Both the position numbers and the translations under genes were made by a program. From positions 43,524,001 to 43,588,000 of the forward strand of contig NC_043012.1 of NCBI RefSeq assembly GCF_006345805.1: 64,000 bases of DNA, read 5' to 3'. This document shows, one piece after another, positions 40,629-53,838 of this stretch. The stretch is from Octopus sinensis (Eukaryota). Each line of letters begins with the position of its first letter. Within the stretch, counting starts at the first letter, position 1. The notes under the pieces were generated by a model. The model saw only the letters and a list, made by a program, of their open reading frames with translations. It searched no databases and was not told the origin of the DNA.

Positions 40629-41000
40629 CGCAGGAGTGGCTGTGTGGTAAGTAGCTTGCTAACCAACCACATGGTTCCGGGTTCAGTCCCACTGCGTGGC
40701 ATCTTGGGCAAGTGTCTTCTGTTATAGCCCCGGGCCGACCAATGCCTTGTGAGTGGATTTGGTAGGCGGAAACTGAAAGAAGCCTGTCGTATATATGTAT
40801 ATATATGTATATGTATGTATGTATGTGTGTGTGTGAGCGCGCACACACAGAAGCGAATGCCAGTGTTTGTTTCTCACCACCGCCTGGCAACCGGTATTGG
40901 TGTGTTTATGTCCGCTACTTAAGGGCTCGGAAAAGTGACCGATAGAATAAGTACTAGGCTTAACAAACCAATAGATAATGGGTTCGATTCATTCAACTAA
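40627..41000 (+). mobile_element. SINE family A, intact head
   Basis: GGCGCAGGAGTGGCTGTGTGGTAAGTAGCTTGCTAACCAACCACATGGTTCCGGGTTCAGTCCC; diverged 3' half. Confidence 0.9.
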
Positions 41001-41892
41001 AAATATTTTGCCATTCACTGCAATATCTCATGTACACGTGCATAGATGCATTTTATATGCAACACTACTCACATCTTCAATTTGTTCTTTTCAGTACAAA
41101 TGTAACAATAATAGCTTTATTAGCGCCGTTCATTATCTACGCAGTTCCAAATCTGTTACAATCGATGATGAATGACCGTTTCCTGTAGTTCAATAATTTA
41201 CTTAAATGAGTGCGTTATAATATATTTTTCAATGTCACTTATTGGACCCCAAAACAAACTTTCACTACGAAATGTAAGATTAATTTTGCCTTTCGTGTAT
41301 AGATAAAAAATACACTATTTCCGTTTATTGATGTATCTATATTACTCACGGTAGGCATCTGCTATGGCATCACATTTTAAAGATTATAATTCATTGCTGA
41401 TATTTTAATAATATTTATTTACCTCCACACAAAAATTCATCACTTAGCGCTAGTAGGATAGGTTATTCGATTATTGTCAAACATATCGAATTGTTCCACA
41501 TCCGTTCGATGCTTCCGATGAGAAATAGTTTTATTGATCAAATTTAGGAACATAATATTGCAAACAAGATTTTACACAATGGAGCAACAAAAATTTCAGT
41601 GAATGAATACAAATGGAAAAAAGCAATAAAAATACTCGAAGAACAGTTTGAAATCATTTTAAAAATCGATAACTTGATACAAATTATATTTTATCAACAA
41701 ATACTAAATATTAAAAGGAAAATTTGTTGATATTCCATTTTTAGTTTTAAGAAAGGAATTAAAAAATGCTAGTACATTATAATACTATATATTTATGTGT
41801 GTGTGTGTGCGTGTGTGTGTGTATAAACATACCTACATGCATTCATACGTACGTATATACATAATACATATCTATATACGTAATATATATAT

Positions 41893-42115
41893 ATTCTTTT
41901 ATTGTTTTATTTGTTTTAGTCATTTGACTGCGGCCATACTGGAGCTCCGCCTTTAGTCGACCAAATCGATCCCAGGTCTTACTCTTTGTAAGCCTAGTAC
42001 TTATTCTATCCGCCTGTTTTGTCGAAACGCTAGCTTACGGGGACGTAAACACCAACACCGGTTGTCAAGTGAAGGTGGGGCGACAAACACAGACACACAA
42101 ACATATATATATATA
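41893..42115 (-). mobile_element. SINE family A 3' half
   Basis: Reverse complement of the GACTGAAACAAG tail and GTCCCCGTAAC body. Confidence 0.8.
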
Positions 42116-42234
42116 GTCATGTATATATATACATATATATATATTTATATATGTATGTATATATATTATATCATGTATCACACAGACTCACACAAATACA
42201 CACACACACGCATACACACACACACACACATATA

Positions 42235-42457
42235 TTTTCTTTTTTTCTTTTATTTGTTTCAGTCATTCGACATGCGGCCATGCTGGTGCACTACCTTTAG
42301 TCGAACAAATCGAACCCAGGACTTATTCTTTGTAAGCCTAGTACTTATTCCATCGGTGTCTTTTGTCGAACCGCTAGTTTACGGGGACGTAAATACACCA
42401 ATATCAGTTGTCAAGCGATGTTGGTGGGGGACAAACACAGATACACTGATACATGTG

Positions 42458-42529
<72 letters not shown>

Positions 42530-43798
42530 ATTGGACAAAATAATGGAAATACCTAGCATCATTGCATCATAATTTTGAAATATCTATAAAACCGTCAAAA
42601 GCTTGTTCATTTTTATGTTTTTTTGATTTATTAATTGTGTTTTTTAATATTTTTTGCTAAAATTATTGTTTCTTTTCAGATATCATTAGAAAAAGGTAAT
42701 TAAAATTCATTAAAATGTCAGATCCATCGGACTTTCAAACAGGTCAAATTGTTGGTGCGCGTTTGGCAGACACTAGCGTAGCGAAAACAGCCGAAATGTT
42801 TGGTGTATCAAGACATACTGTCTCGAAAGTAATGACAGCCTTCGAAACAGGGGGAAAAACCTCCTCGTCGAAACAAAACTCTGGAAGAAAACCAAAACTT
42901 TCAAATAGGGACCATCAGACTCTTACGCGAATTGTGAGAAAGGATCACAAAAATGTAGCTCCCAAAATTACTGCAGAGCTAAATGACAACTTTGAGAACC
43001 CAGTTTCCACAAAAAATGTTCCCGGTAACTGCACAAACCCGGATTTCACTGGAGGACTGCAATCAGAAAACCACTACTTTCAAAAACAAGTGTTGCACAG
43101 CGCTTAGAGTGGAGTAAACACCTACATAATTGGTCCCTAGAGCAGTGGAAGAATTTTATTGTCACGGACGAGTCAGCCTTTACCTTATTTCCGACCACCG
43201 GCCGAGTATACGTATGGAGACAGCCAAAAGAATCATTTCACTCAGAATGCCTTCTTCCAACTGTTAAACATGGAGGAGGATCTGTGATGATCTGCGGTGA
43301 GGGGCTATAGCTTGGAAATCTGCTGGCCCAATGGTTTCCCTTCATGGCAGAATTAATAGTCAAGACTATTTAAGCATTTTATCTGATCAAATTCATCCTA
43401 TGGTTGCGGAACTGTTTCCGGTTGGAAGGGCAATCTTCCAGGATAATAATGCACCAATTCATGCTGCTACATTTATTAATGAATGGCACGAGGAACAATC
43501 TAGTGAAGTTGGACATCTTATCTGGCCACTACAGTACCCAGATCTCAATACTATTGAACATTTTATGGTGCATTTTAGGAAAGCAAGTCAGGAGTCGATA
43601 TCCTCCACCATCATCACTACAAGAACTGGAGAACGGATAAGAGTTCCTTTGGAAACAATTCAAACTTTGTACGAGTCCATACCTCATAGAATTCAAGCTG
43701 TATTTACTGCCAAAGGCGGTCCTACCACATATTAAATTAAATTTGCTTGAAATTTTAAGGTGTTCCCATTATTTTGTCCAACCCTTCTATATATATAT

Positions 43799-43842
<44 letters not shown>

Positions 43843-44056
43843 CACACACACACACACATACACACACACTCACACACACACAGACACACACATATATATA
43901 TATATGTATGTATATATATATGTACAACGGTCTTCTTTCAGTTTCCTTATATTAAATCCACTCAAGGGTTTGGTCAGCCCGAGGCTATAGTAGTAGACAC
44001 TTACCCAAGGTGCACGCAGAGGGACTGAACCCGGAACCATGTGGTTCCTGTGCCTA
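42235..44056 (-). mobile_element. SINE family A split by a Tc1-type element in its central microsatellite
   Basis: 3' half at 42235-42520; 5' half at 43790-44056 (CTTCTTTCAGTTTCC..GGGACTGAACCCGGAACCATGTGG). Confidence 0.8.
42525..43787 (+). mobile_element. Tc1-type DNA transposon with DD36E spacing (Incomer-like), decayed
   Basis: TIRs TTGGACAAAATAATGG(A/G)AA(T/C)ACCT, TA flanks. Transposase 42715-43735: MSDPSDFQTGQIVGARL, SGRKPKLS, VTDES, VKHGGGSVMI and FQD(D>N)NAPIH..WPLQYPDLNTIE, with 36 residues between the second D position and E. Confidence 0.9.
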
Positions 44057-44189
44057 TACATACATATATGCATGCATACATACATACACACATGGTGATC
44101 TGAATGATCATAGGCTGACTATTAGGAGTGGTTCTAGAGTTGTGAAATCTTACACCATTAATTTCAACGCTACTTATTAATAACTGTAA

Positions 44190-44840
44190 TGTTTCCTTCT
44201 AGGTAAAATGACATTAGGGTGTTCAAAGTAGACTTCAAATGTGAGTCGTAGCAACAGCAGATATGACGTCCCGATAATTGGTGTCCAGCCAAGTATTTCT
44301 TCATGTTGGGAAAGACCTGATAGCCAGATAGACATGATAGCCCAAATCTGAATAATAGGGAGGGTGATCAACATGCTCAAAGCCACAGCCACACACAGCA
44401 ACCATTGAAACCAAGGATATGTATGGTGTAGCATTGTCTTGATGAAACAAGACTACCTTCGTCAGTCTTCATAGGTTCTCAATTTTCTCCCGGGGATATG
44501 TTAATAGCATTGGATATTTAATTTATAGTCAATCGCCTGACCTCCATCACCATGTGTTCAACATGATCAACATTTTCCTCAGCAGTGGCAATTGCAGGAC
44601 CTTGGGTCATCTTCATGATTCTCCGTTACCTTTCTAAATTCAGCTGCCCACTTTTACGGTGTTGATGAAGCTGGATCGTCATCTCCTAATGTAACAACCA
44701 AGTCAGCATGAATGTGTTTGGGAGCTCAACCCTTTTCTGCAGGTACTTGATAACATCACGATGCCAACTTCTCTCTATTTTCAAAATATCTCGTTACTAG
44801 TTACATTTGGAGTCTTCTGTGAACTGTCAGATATCAGTCT
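44190..44840 (-). mobile_element. Internally deleted mariner remnant
   Basis: HRDVIKYLQK..KHIHADLVVTLGDDDP..KWAAEFRK and HQDNA..HPPYYSDL on the minus strand. Confidence 0.75.
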
Positions 44841-46579
44841 GTCTGGAAAGAAACGATGCAGTTATTAATGAGCAGAGTTAAAATTAATTCATGCAAAATT
44901 TCACAGCTCTAGCATTATTCCTTCATAGTCTGCCTATGAATTTTTCAACATAACCTCGTATATATATAAATATGTTTTTTGTGTGAATCAAAAGTTTTGT
45001 TAGAAATGTTGAGTGAAATTGTTTCAAAGAGAAAAAAAATTAGATTATAACTGAATCAGCTCGGCATTGAAAGCTGGAATTGTTATAAACAATATCTTAG
45101 AAATTGACTAAAATAATCAAAATATGAAATTTCAAATATTTTTTAGAAAAGTATTTCAATAAAATCGCATTGAAAAATACTGTTATAAACAGTATTTATG
45201 TCTATAAGACATAAATAGCTTAAATTATGAATATATTTATATACTATTGGCAAACACATATTCAGCTTTGAAATGTAAATATATTATTTGGTTAAAACGC
45301 AGCAAGCCATGAACTGTTCGACTCGATTTGATTGTCTTAACATGAATGTCTTCTGGCGTTCGTCCTACAGAGATCAAGAGAGGGGAGAAAGAGAGAGTGA
45401 GAGAGAGGGCGAAGCAGTTGAGAGCTACTTAGAGTAACGAGCAGTGGTTTTACATTTTGGGATAACACAAAATAAAATAACTAAAGTGTTCAAAGAACGT
45501 GTGTACATGTGTCGATATAAGTTCATATACGATCAACATAACTTCACTGTTTATATAAACAGCAGGACCTCTTTTGTGCAGGATGAACTTGAGAAAAGCT
45601 TTTGTAGGACAAATATCAGTGGAGACACTTCAGATGGTAATAATTAGTCAAAAGCTCTTCTTGGGTTTGTCCTGTAGAAAAAGCCTTGCCTTTAAACCGT
45701 GGCATCTATTTACACAGCGAAACTGAATGTATGTTTATCAAATTTACGCAGGTAAACCTAATCACAATTCATCCTCCAACACGCTGCTCCAGGACATAGT
45801 TTATCAAATAGGAATAGAAGGATATTCAACAGTCAGATACTTAGAAAATATATATTTCAAACTCTGGAGTCGTACTTATTCCTACATAAATGATTAAGTA
45901 AAATAATATTCCGCGAGCAATCATTTGAAATGAGTATAATTTTTCGAACTATTAGCCTCAACTTCAGATATTGGGCATTTTAAATGAAACTTGACCACAG
46001 AGATAATAAAAGAACGGAATCTGACAGTCACAGTATAGAGTAGTTGTCTGTAAAATGCTCTAGTGCAGTGTAAAGAAATATCTGTTGATATCCCTTGTGG
46101 TTTAACACTTTATCTTTGACATTTTCTGACTTAGTGAAGTAAATTATTTCATAACTTTTTTACGCTATCTATTTATGTCTTCATTCAAAGATCACAATCT
46201 TTCACCTCACACCATAATAGAGACTTTAGCATTGCTAAATTATCATTAGCGTCATGGTATTGATAAGGAAATACTTTTTCGGGAAAGCTGTTATTGTTGC
46301 TACAAGGCTTGTTACAGGTACTTTTGGAACTTTACTATTGTTGATATTTTTGATATTACTGCAGATCATTATCATGAAATTTCATCAATAACCTAAATTT
46401 GTCTGAAGTATTTTCTCAAGGAGAATGAATGAAGCGCTACAAGCTACCATTAAAGAGTTATGTGCTTCCAGCTAGCATGGTTAGAAGACATGTATGTGTG
46501 TGTGTTTGTTTATATTTGTTCACCCCTATTGCTTTACGTCCCCGTAACTTAGCGGTTTGGCAAAGAGTTTCATAGAAAG

Positions 46580-47290
46580 AAGCTCTTTGTCCTCCGACAG
46601 CTGTGGGGCGAAGAGACTCTCGTAGAGGATTGGTGTAAGGCAGAAGTCATATACCTGCTGACGGAAGCCAATGCAGAGACTATAAAACAGTTTAGGCCAA
46701 TATCCTTATTGAATGTGGAAGGCAAGATCTTTATGGGAATTCTTTCGAGCAGAACAGTGACATATTTACAGAGTAATGAATATGTTGCTGAATCTGTTCA
46801 AAAGACCGGAATCCCTGGATCCCTGGGATCCCTCATGAAGATAACATGGATGCCGCTCGGGATCGAAATATTGACCGTTATGTAAACCTCCACGAGGAAT
46901 GTGAAGACGCAGGCTGAAAAGCGGAGCATTTTCCAATCGAAGTCGGATGTAGAGGGTTTGTTGCACATAGTGTGAGATGACTGTTGTTATCGTTAGGCTT
47001 GACTCATTGTAAAGTAAATACCACCATGAGTGATATCCAAAGGCTAGTCACTGGATTTGGTTAAAAAGAGACGATGAGCGATGGCTAGAAGAATATTGAG
47101 CTATATCTGATAACCAGCTGATCTAGCAAGCGAGGCCGGTGCGCATTGATGCTAGCGAGAGGTAGGCCCGAAACGGCGCACATTCTCTCCTGATGACCCC
47201 ATACACTTGCTGGCTTCCGGTATGTGGAGTTCTCGACTGGTAGCACTTGCATGTGCAAGTTGTTTGCAAAACATCCTAGTATCACACTTC
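46580..47290 (+). mobile_element. Hero-like RLE non-LTR retrotransposon fragment inside a SINE-A remnant (46490-47380)
   Basis: RT N-terminus QFRPISLLNVEGKIFMGILSSR..SVQKTGIPG fused to RLE C-terminus PHEDNMDAA..FPIEVGCRGFV..WLKRDDERW, then a 3' UTR. SINE-A sequence on both sides. Confidence 0.8.
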
Positions 47291-47421
47291 TAAAAATAAG
47301 TACTGGGGGTGATTTGTTCGACTAAGCCCCAGCATGATCGCAGTTCAGTGATTGAAGCAAGCGGTGAAAGATAATATAGTAATAATCATGATGAATGTAA
47401 CTAGAATATTTATAACTCAGG

Positions 47422-47469
<48 letters not shown>

Positions 47470-47514
47470 GTGTGTGTGTATGTGGTGTATCTAAGCAGTA
47501 GATAGTGTATCTAA

Positions 47515-47770
47515 GTAATAGACAGTGACGACAGAAAAGTAGACTCGTGAAAAAAAAAAGGTCAGGCACATGATAAGTGAGAAAATACCCGTATAGTAAG
47601 TGTCATACTAGTATCAAACGATCAGCGATTTGTATCCTGTCATGGTTTTATACTGTTTCTCTATATTTCTAAGGTTCTTAACCCATTTAAAGTCCATTTT
47701 ATTTTGGTATAAATAGAAACCATCTGAGATTTACTGTGAGCATTTTTTTATGCATTTCATTATACGCTAA
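47515..47770 (+). repeat. Direct repeat, copy 1 (about 255 bp)
   Basis: Colinear high-identity match to 49943-50200. Confidence 0.9.
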
Positions 47771-47973
47771 TCAGTTGCATACCAGATGGGTGTCTTGGTT
47801 AAGAATTGAGATGTGTTGATATGCATCATTAAGTTATTCTGTTATAAATAAACTATTGAGCGTAACACGAAATTTTAATATAATAGGCTTCACAGAGGCT
47901 GGTTATTAATCATGGATGTCCGTATGTTGGACATTCGTAAGTCGAGGATTGCGTGTAATGTATTATAAAGTCT

Positions 47974-48349
47974 AATTTGTTCCTACTCTTGGCACAAGGA
48001 CCTAAATTTTGGGGGAAGGGGCCAGTCGATTAGATCGACCCTAGAACGCAACTGGTGCTTAATTTATCGACCCCGAAAGGATGAAAGGCAAGGTCGACCT
48101 CGGCGGAATTTGAACTTAGAACGTAGCCTCAGACGAAATACCTATTTCTTCACTACCCACAAGGGGCTAAACACAGAGGGGGCAAACAAGGACAGACACA
48201 CAGATTAAGTCGATTATATCGACCCCAGTGCGTAACTGGTACTTATTTAATCGACCCCGAAAGGATGAAAGACAAAGTCGACCTCGGCAGAATTTGAACT
48301 CAGAATTTGAACTAAGCATTTCGCCCGGTTCTGCCAGCTCGCCGCCTTT
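47974..48349 (-). mobile_element. SINE family B, one head plus two body units
   Basis: Same AAGAAATAG|GTATTTCG unit junction as the trimer at 11824. Confidence 0.9.
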
Positions 48350-48980
48350 ATTATAATGTGTAATGTTAGATAGAAACGATTGCATTTTCCCTACTCGGTA
48401 GCATATAAAAGTCACAGCGTTCTATTTATTTTTCCTGCTTTGCTCTGATGAAATAATTATCTTCATCGTGTAAACATTAGTATTTTAAGTATAGAGATAG
48501 GAACGTTTTACATCTGTACTTACATGAAGGAAATATATTTATTGAGATAAAAGGCAAAAGAAAGAAAAACAAGTGAAAAAAAAACTGTAAAATGCAATTG
48601 TGACCTGAAACTTATTTAAACAATAGAGAAGACGAAAAAATATATTTTATCCTGGCTTTTTTATTTTTCTCTCTTTCTATATACCAAAAATGTTAAGCTG
48701 CTCGTCACTACTTTGAAAAGAATTCTTTGGAATAACCTACTTGTTACATTTTCTTTTTGTATAGGTTGTCCTGAAATCTCAGAACTGGACACATGAACTC
48801 TATGAGGTAAAAAGCAGCAAAATGTTATAAAGTTTAATAGTTAATGAGAGATTTAATGAAGTTGGGCTGCAGAGTAGACACAATGCACTAAATTCTTTGG
48901 TCTACTACAATGTAATTTTTATTTACGGAAACACGCCGTGTCAATTGTGTCAATGAAAGGCCAAGGTACGGTGAACATAG

Positions 48981-49014
<34 letters not shown>

Positions 49015-49942
49015 CATGTAGAAAATATCAAGAAATAATAGATTTTCCGCTTCTACTTCAACTTTGATCTACTTTAGTGTATTTTGAAACCGCTGCCATA
49101 AAGATTGATTTTGGATGCCAGTGCTTATATACAGAGACTTCAAGATGCTTATAAATATCATTTCTTTTTAAAATAACACTATTTGTATCAAAATGAAAAT
49201 AGTTATAACTTCTTCTTGGCTCACCCCATCTCCCTGCGATGAGGCTATTTTGATAGGAAGCATCTCGTTTGTGAGATGAAAAACGGAAGTAGTCCATATC
49301 CGATGAACATAACGTGGTATTTCTCATGCTAGACTCATTCTAAAGATTAGATTGGATGGATATATGAAGCAGAAGGTTGTTGAGAAATTTAGAATGAAAA
49401 CAAATACTAATGACAAAGTTGAAAAGAGAAACAACTTATTAGATGCTCAGCTATTAAAACAAAATGTTACATACACAAATGTATATATCAATCTGAAAAC
49501 TCGCTTTGCTTAAAGCTTTAGAAATCAACGAGCCAAGTGGTTCGAGAAAATATTGCCCGAGTCCTACAATTCTTTCACAATTCCTTCAATTCATTTTCTA
49601 TTTCCCAGTCGCATTTACCTTAATATTTTCATAAGTATTCTTGAAATGATTGTCGTTATTGCTTAGTAATAGCTGAGCAAAATTAAATTTGAAATAGACT
49701 AATAGACAAAACTAGGTTTCATAATACTTTAAAATCATATTTGACCTTACGAACAAAGTCATTGAAAAGGCCACAAGGTATTTAACCTAAGCAGAAGTAG
49801 TGTCAGTTTTGTAAGAAATTGCATATCAACAGTCAGAACATAAGTTGTTAACATAATTGGTTAGCAGAATGCCATTTATCTGTAGTGGAAATATTTAAAA
49901 TGAAGGGATACGTAACTCATGTGCACTTTTGATCTTTATACA

Positions 49943-50200
49943 GTAATAGATAGTGAGCAACAGAAAACAAAGTAGACGTGAAAAAAAGGTCAGGCACATG
50001 ATAAGTGGGAAAATACCCGTATAGTAAGTGCCATACTAGTATCAAAGGATCAACGCTTTGTATCCTGTCATGGTTTTCTATTGTTTCTCTATATTTCTAA
50101 GGTTCTTAACCCTTTTAAAGTCCATTTCAGTTTGCTATAAATAGAAACCATCTGAGATTCACTGTGAGCATTTTATTTGATGTATTTCATTATACGCCAA
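49943..50200 (+). repeat. Direct repeat, copy 2
   Basis: Match to 47515-47770. Confidence 0.9.
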
Positions 50201-51084
50201 GCTTTCCCATTCGCATTAACTTCATTAAATGTAGAAAAATAAGGCAAAATATAATTCTGTTTTGAAAAACATTTAAATCCCTTGACTGCGGAGGATTAAT
50301 TAATCTGATTGACATGAGATCTAGACAAGAAATAATTCACTAGCAACAGAAATTAAAGCAATACCGTTAACAAATGTAATTATAAATAAACATAATTATT
50401 ATAGCAAAGAAAATATTTGTTTCATCTTTATTTCCTCTGTTAGGAATATAATTTAATATTTAATTAACTCATTTTAACATACTCAGAACTCAAAATCTTT
50501 TCGGAATGTGAGGCAGAATTGTTACAAATAATCAAATTATAATGTATAATCTGAATTTTTGTGTGTTTATGTAGTAGCATCACTTGTCATAAATGGAAAT
50601 ATAATTTTTATGATAAATAACAGCCTCGACAATCAGAATTTCATTAATGTGTTCTTTTCATATTCTATTTACTTTCAAGTCTATAGCACTTGTTAATAAT
50701 ATACTTTTTTCCAAATATACACACATGCATATGCTTATCGAACGCTCGACATACAAACGAACACAATATATATATATATGATTATTATCTGTATTTTTGA
50801 AAATGAAAATACTTCAGACGTTGGCCTTGTGTCTCGCTTTTCAATATTGTTTAGTGTTACTTTGTTTCGTTCCTGATGATTCCAGTAAATAAAATAATTT
50901 CAATGTGAGCAAAAACACTTTGATCAAAATTTTTCAGACAACAAATACACTTACTCCCCTGGAGATACATATATAATGTTATAAGCACATATGTTACCCA
51001 GTTCACTATTAAGCAGCATATTGTTTAGTGTAGAAATATATAATAAACAACAAAACGTTCATTTTCTAGTTAGATCTCAAATTC

Positions 51085-51410
51085 ATGTCTGTCTGGATAA
51101 AGAAGCCTGTTTTGCAACCATGTGGCTTCGGGTTCAGTCCCACTGTCCGCTGTATCCCCGAGTAGATTAATTCCATGTGAGGGAATTTGGAACACAGAAA
51201 CTGTGTGGAAGCCCATTTTATATATGTGGTGGGGGGTGAGTATCTTGACAATGAGTATCGTTTGATTACATCCTTCTAACTTAGCAGAAAACAGAATAAG
51301 AAGTACTTGGCTTAAAAATAGGTACTCGATTTTTTTCTTCAAATAAAACCTTTCTTGGGGGTGTCCCAGCATGGCCGCAGTCGAATGACTGAAACAAGAT
51401 AAAAGAAGAA
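51085..51410 (+). mobile_element. Old diverged SINE family A
   Basis: CGGGTTCAGTCCCACTG..CCAGCATGGCCGCAGTCGAATGACTGAAACAAGATAAAAG. Confidence 0.75.
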
Positions 51411-51949
51411 TTATAACATGAAGGGAATATTAACTAAAGGAGATGGGAGAATTACATTTCCTGAGATAGAATTAATAATTACACAGGTCTGCGGCCAAAA
51501 AACTGTTTCACATTTTTTTGCAGAGTGAAATTAATCAAGTTTTAAATACTAATTTTAAAAATTACAAAGAAATTAGTCCATTCACGTGCAGTTTCGTAGA
51601 AAAATTGACCACTGCATTTTACCATTTTGCTGGAATTTTACCATTGTTTATTATTATTTCTTTTAATTACCTTATTTAGATTATGATAGATGTAATTTTG
51701 AAAAATAAACACCTGGCAACATTTAGACCATTTCAGCTACATGGAGAGATACCTGCATCACTTCTGTCACTTCTGTCATCCACAAGCAGTGAGGAGAGAA
51801 AGACGCGTCACGTTACTTAGGTTTAAACGTATATTTTTATTTCACTTATTTCCTCATGCTTTTTCCTGATGTACACACGCTACATAAATTGTTTTATAGT
51901 GTTTGTTGTATTCATTTAGATGGTAAACCAAATATACGCTGTTAAAATA

Positions 51950-53190
51950 TGTCCTCTTCCTCTATCCATGCAAACCTCCACATCATTTGAAGCTAGGATG
52001 TTTTCTAGAATATATGCAGAAAAGCATTACCGAATTTGTTAAAAATATTATTATGCCTACTTTGTTAAGTTCTCTCCATATCATTGGAACCCCAAACCGA
52101 AAAGACTTCTTTACACATTATGTTCATTGTCTCAGTTATTCAACATAAATTGAGCAGGCCTTACGAAAAGTCCACTTCTTGTCTCAGTCTCCTAATTTCA
52201 CGCCAAAGTAGGCATAAGGCCAGCTCAATCTGTAGACATAGTAAGGCCTGCTCAATAACTAAATGAAGAAAATGTATAAAGAAGTCTTTTCGTTTTGGGG
52301 TTCCAATGAAATGGATTGCTGTGATAACTGCTACATTTACTCAGGTAAGGTTCAGGGACACAATTTGAAGAATGGGAAGAATATTATTTATCCAAATTTT
52401 CCATTTGCATTGCAACCTGTTGCCCATAACCTAGACGTCCCAACCCATCACCACCAGGTAACCTTGAAGTCATACACTTGAGTTCTGAGTCAGAAGGCAG
52501 AAACAGCAAATACGACGAAGATTCAACAGCAGTGAAGGTGAAAAACCTCAAAGGAATCAGCAAAGCATTTAGGTTCCAGACTTAAAGAATATTTTAGCAC
52601 CTTGAGAATCATTCTATTGGTATTGTAACCGCAAAAAAGCTTGTTCCTTATTTCGCTTTAGAAAATGATTTGGTATACTGTACAGTGCTATCAGGATTAA
52701 TAGGAAAGTTAGGCGTAAGTTACCAAATGAATGGATACTCTTTATTAACGCTTCAAAGAGAAGTCTAAAACCTGTTCTACTGCATAAAAACAATAAATAT
52801 GCTTCCATCCATATTGGACACTGTGATTACGAAAGAAACATGGAAACTTTGCATCAATTCTCCACGCACAATATTAAATTCAAATATTACAACTTGATTT
52901 GCGGCGAAAAATATTTGTATGTTGCTTGGACAACAATCAAAGTCTCCTTGTTCCTTGCGTGAATGGGACAGTAGAGCAAGGAATTTCTATTGGTCTAAAA
53001 AAATGGCCAAGTAGGGATATACTTACACCAAGAACAAAGAATATGCTTCGAGAAAGTTTGTTCTTTTGTCTCCTCTACATATAAAACTTGGCCTCATCAA
53101 GCAATTCATAAAACTTTTGCCACAGTATGAAGAGGCGTAGCAAGTTTCTTTCTCTGTCAGATGCCAAGGTCGATGGACCAGATATTAATT
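51950..53190 (+). mobile_element. Decayed Chapaev3-like transposase with an internal inversion-duplication
   Basis: KSITEFVK; FGVPM; CDNCY; IIYPNFPFALQPVAH; WILFINASKRSLKPVLLH; EWDSRAR; PLHIKLGLIKQF; DGPD. Confidence 0.8.
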
Positions 53191-53787
53191 ATATATATAT
53201 ATATGAATTTTGTTAAATCGCCGTTCGACTCCATTCTTTCATCTCTATATATAAAACTGAAATGCATTTTTACCGCTTGGATCGCTTTCAATGCCACTAC
53301 ATCCCGTCCGATTCGCTCCAAAATTTACAGGGACATGTAGAATGAGGTGACGATGCTCGTGGGCTACCTTAGAAATCCCTATCTTAAAAGGTGTGGTTGC
53401 TAGGGGCCATCTTCCTCACTCACGCTATTTCCTCCAGTACCCTCTCACTCCTCTTCATGTGACAAGTCCACTCCTGTTATTTAATGTAAAGTCTTCCTCA
53501 AATCACTCTCTCGCTATTTCCTCTCTTCCAAGAACATTTTCACTCACTCTATCTCTTAGCTTCCCATACTTTTTACTCATGTATCTATCTGCGTTCATAG
53601 ACAGAAACAAATATTACATCGCCATCGCCATCGCATTCTATTGTCTACCTGTCAACACACACACACACACACATATATATATACATATATCTAATATTAT
53701 AATTTTATTTTTATGTTTTGGTTTTTGTTTTTTTACTGTTTCATTTCCCTATTAGTGGTTTTATCTCTAATTTAATTTCTACAGCGT

Positions 53788-53838
<51 letters not shown>

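Noticed and set aside
49058-49327. 89-aa ORF with PKSIFMAAVSK, faintly like a Tc1/mariner KVMFLAAV motif
   Set aside because: One weak motif, no TIR and no catalytic residues recognisable.
47515-50200. Intact LTR retrotransposon
   Set aside because: No TG..CA ends, PBS, PPT, TSD or gag/pol between the repeats.
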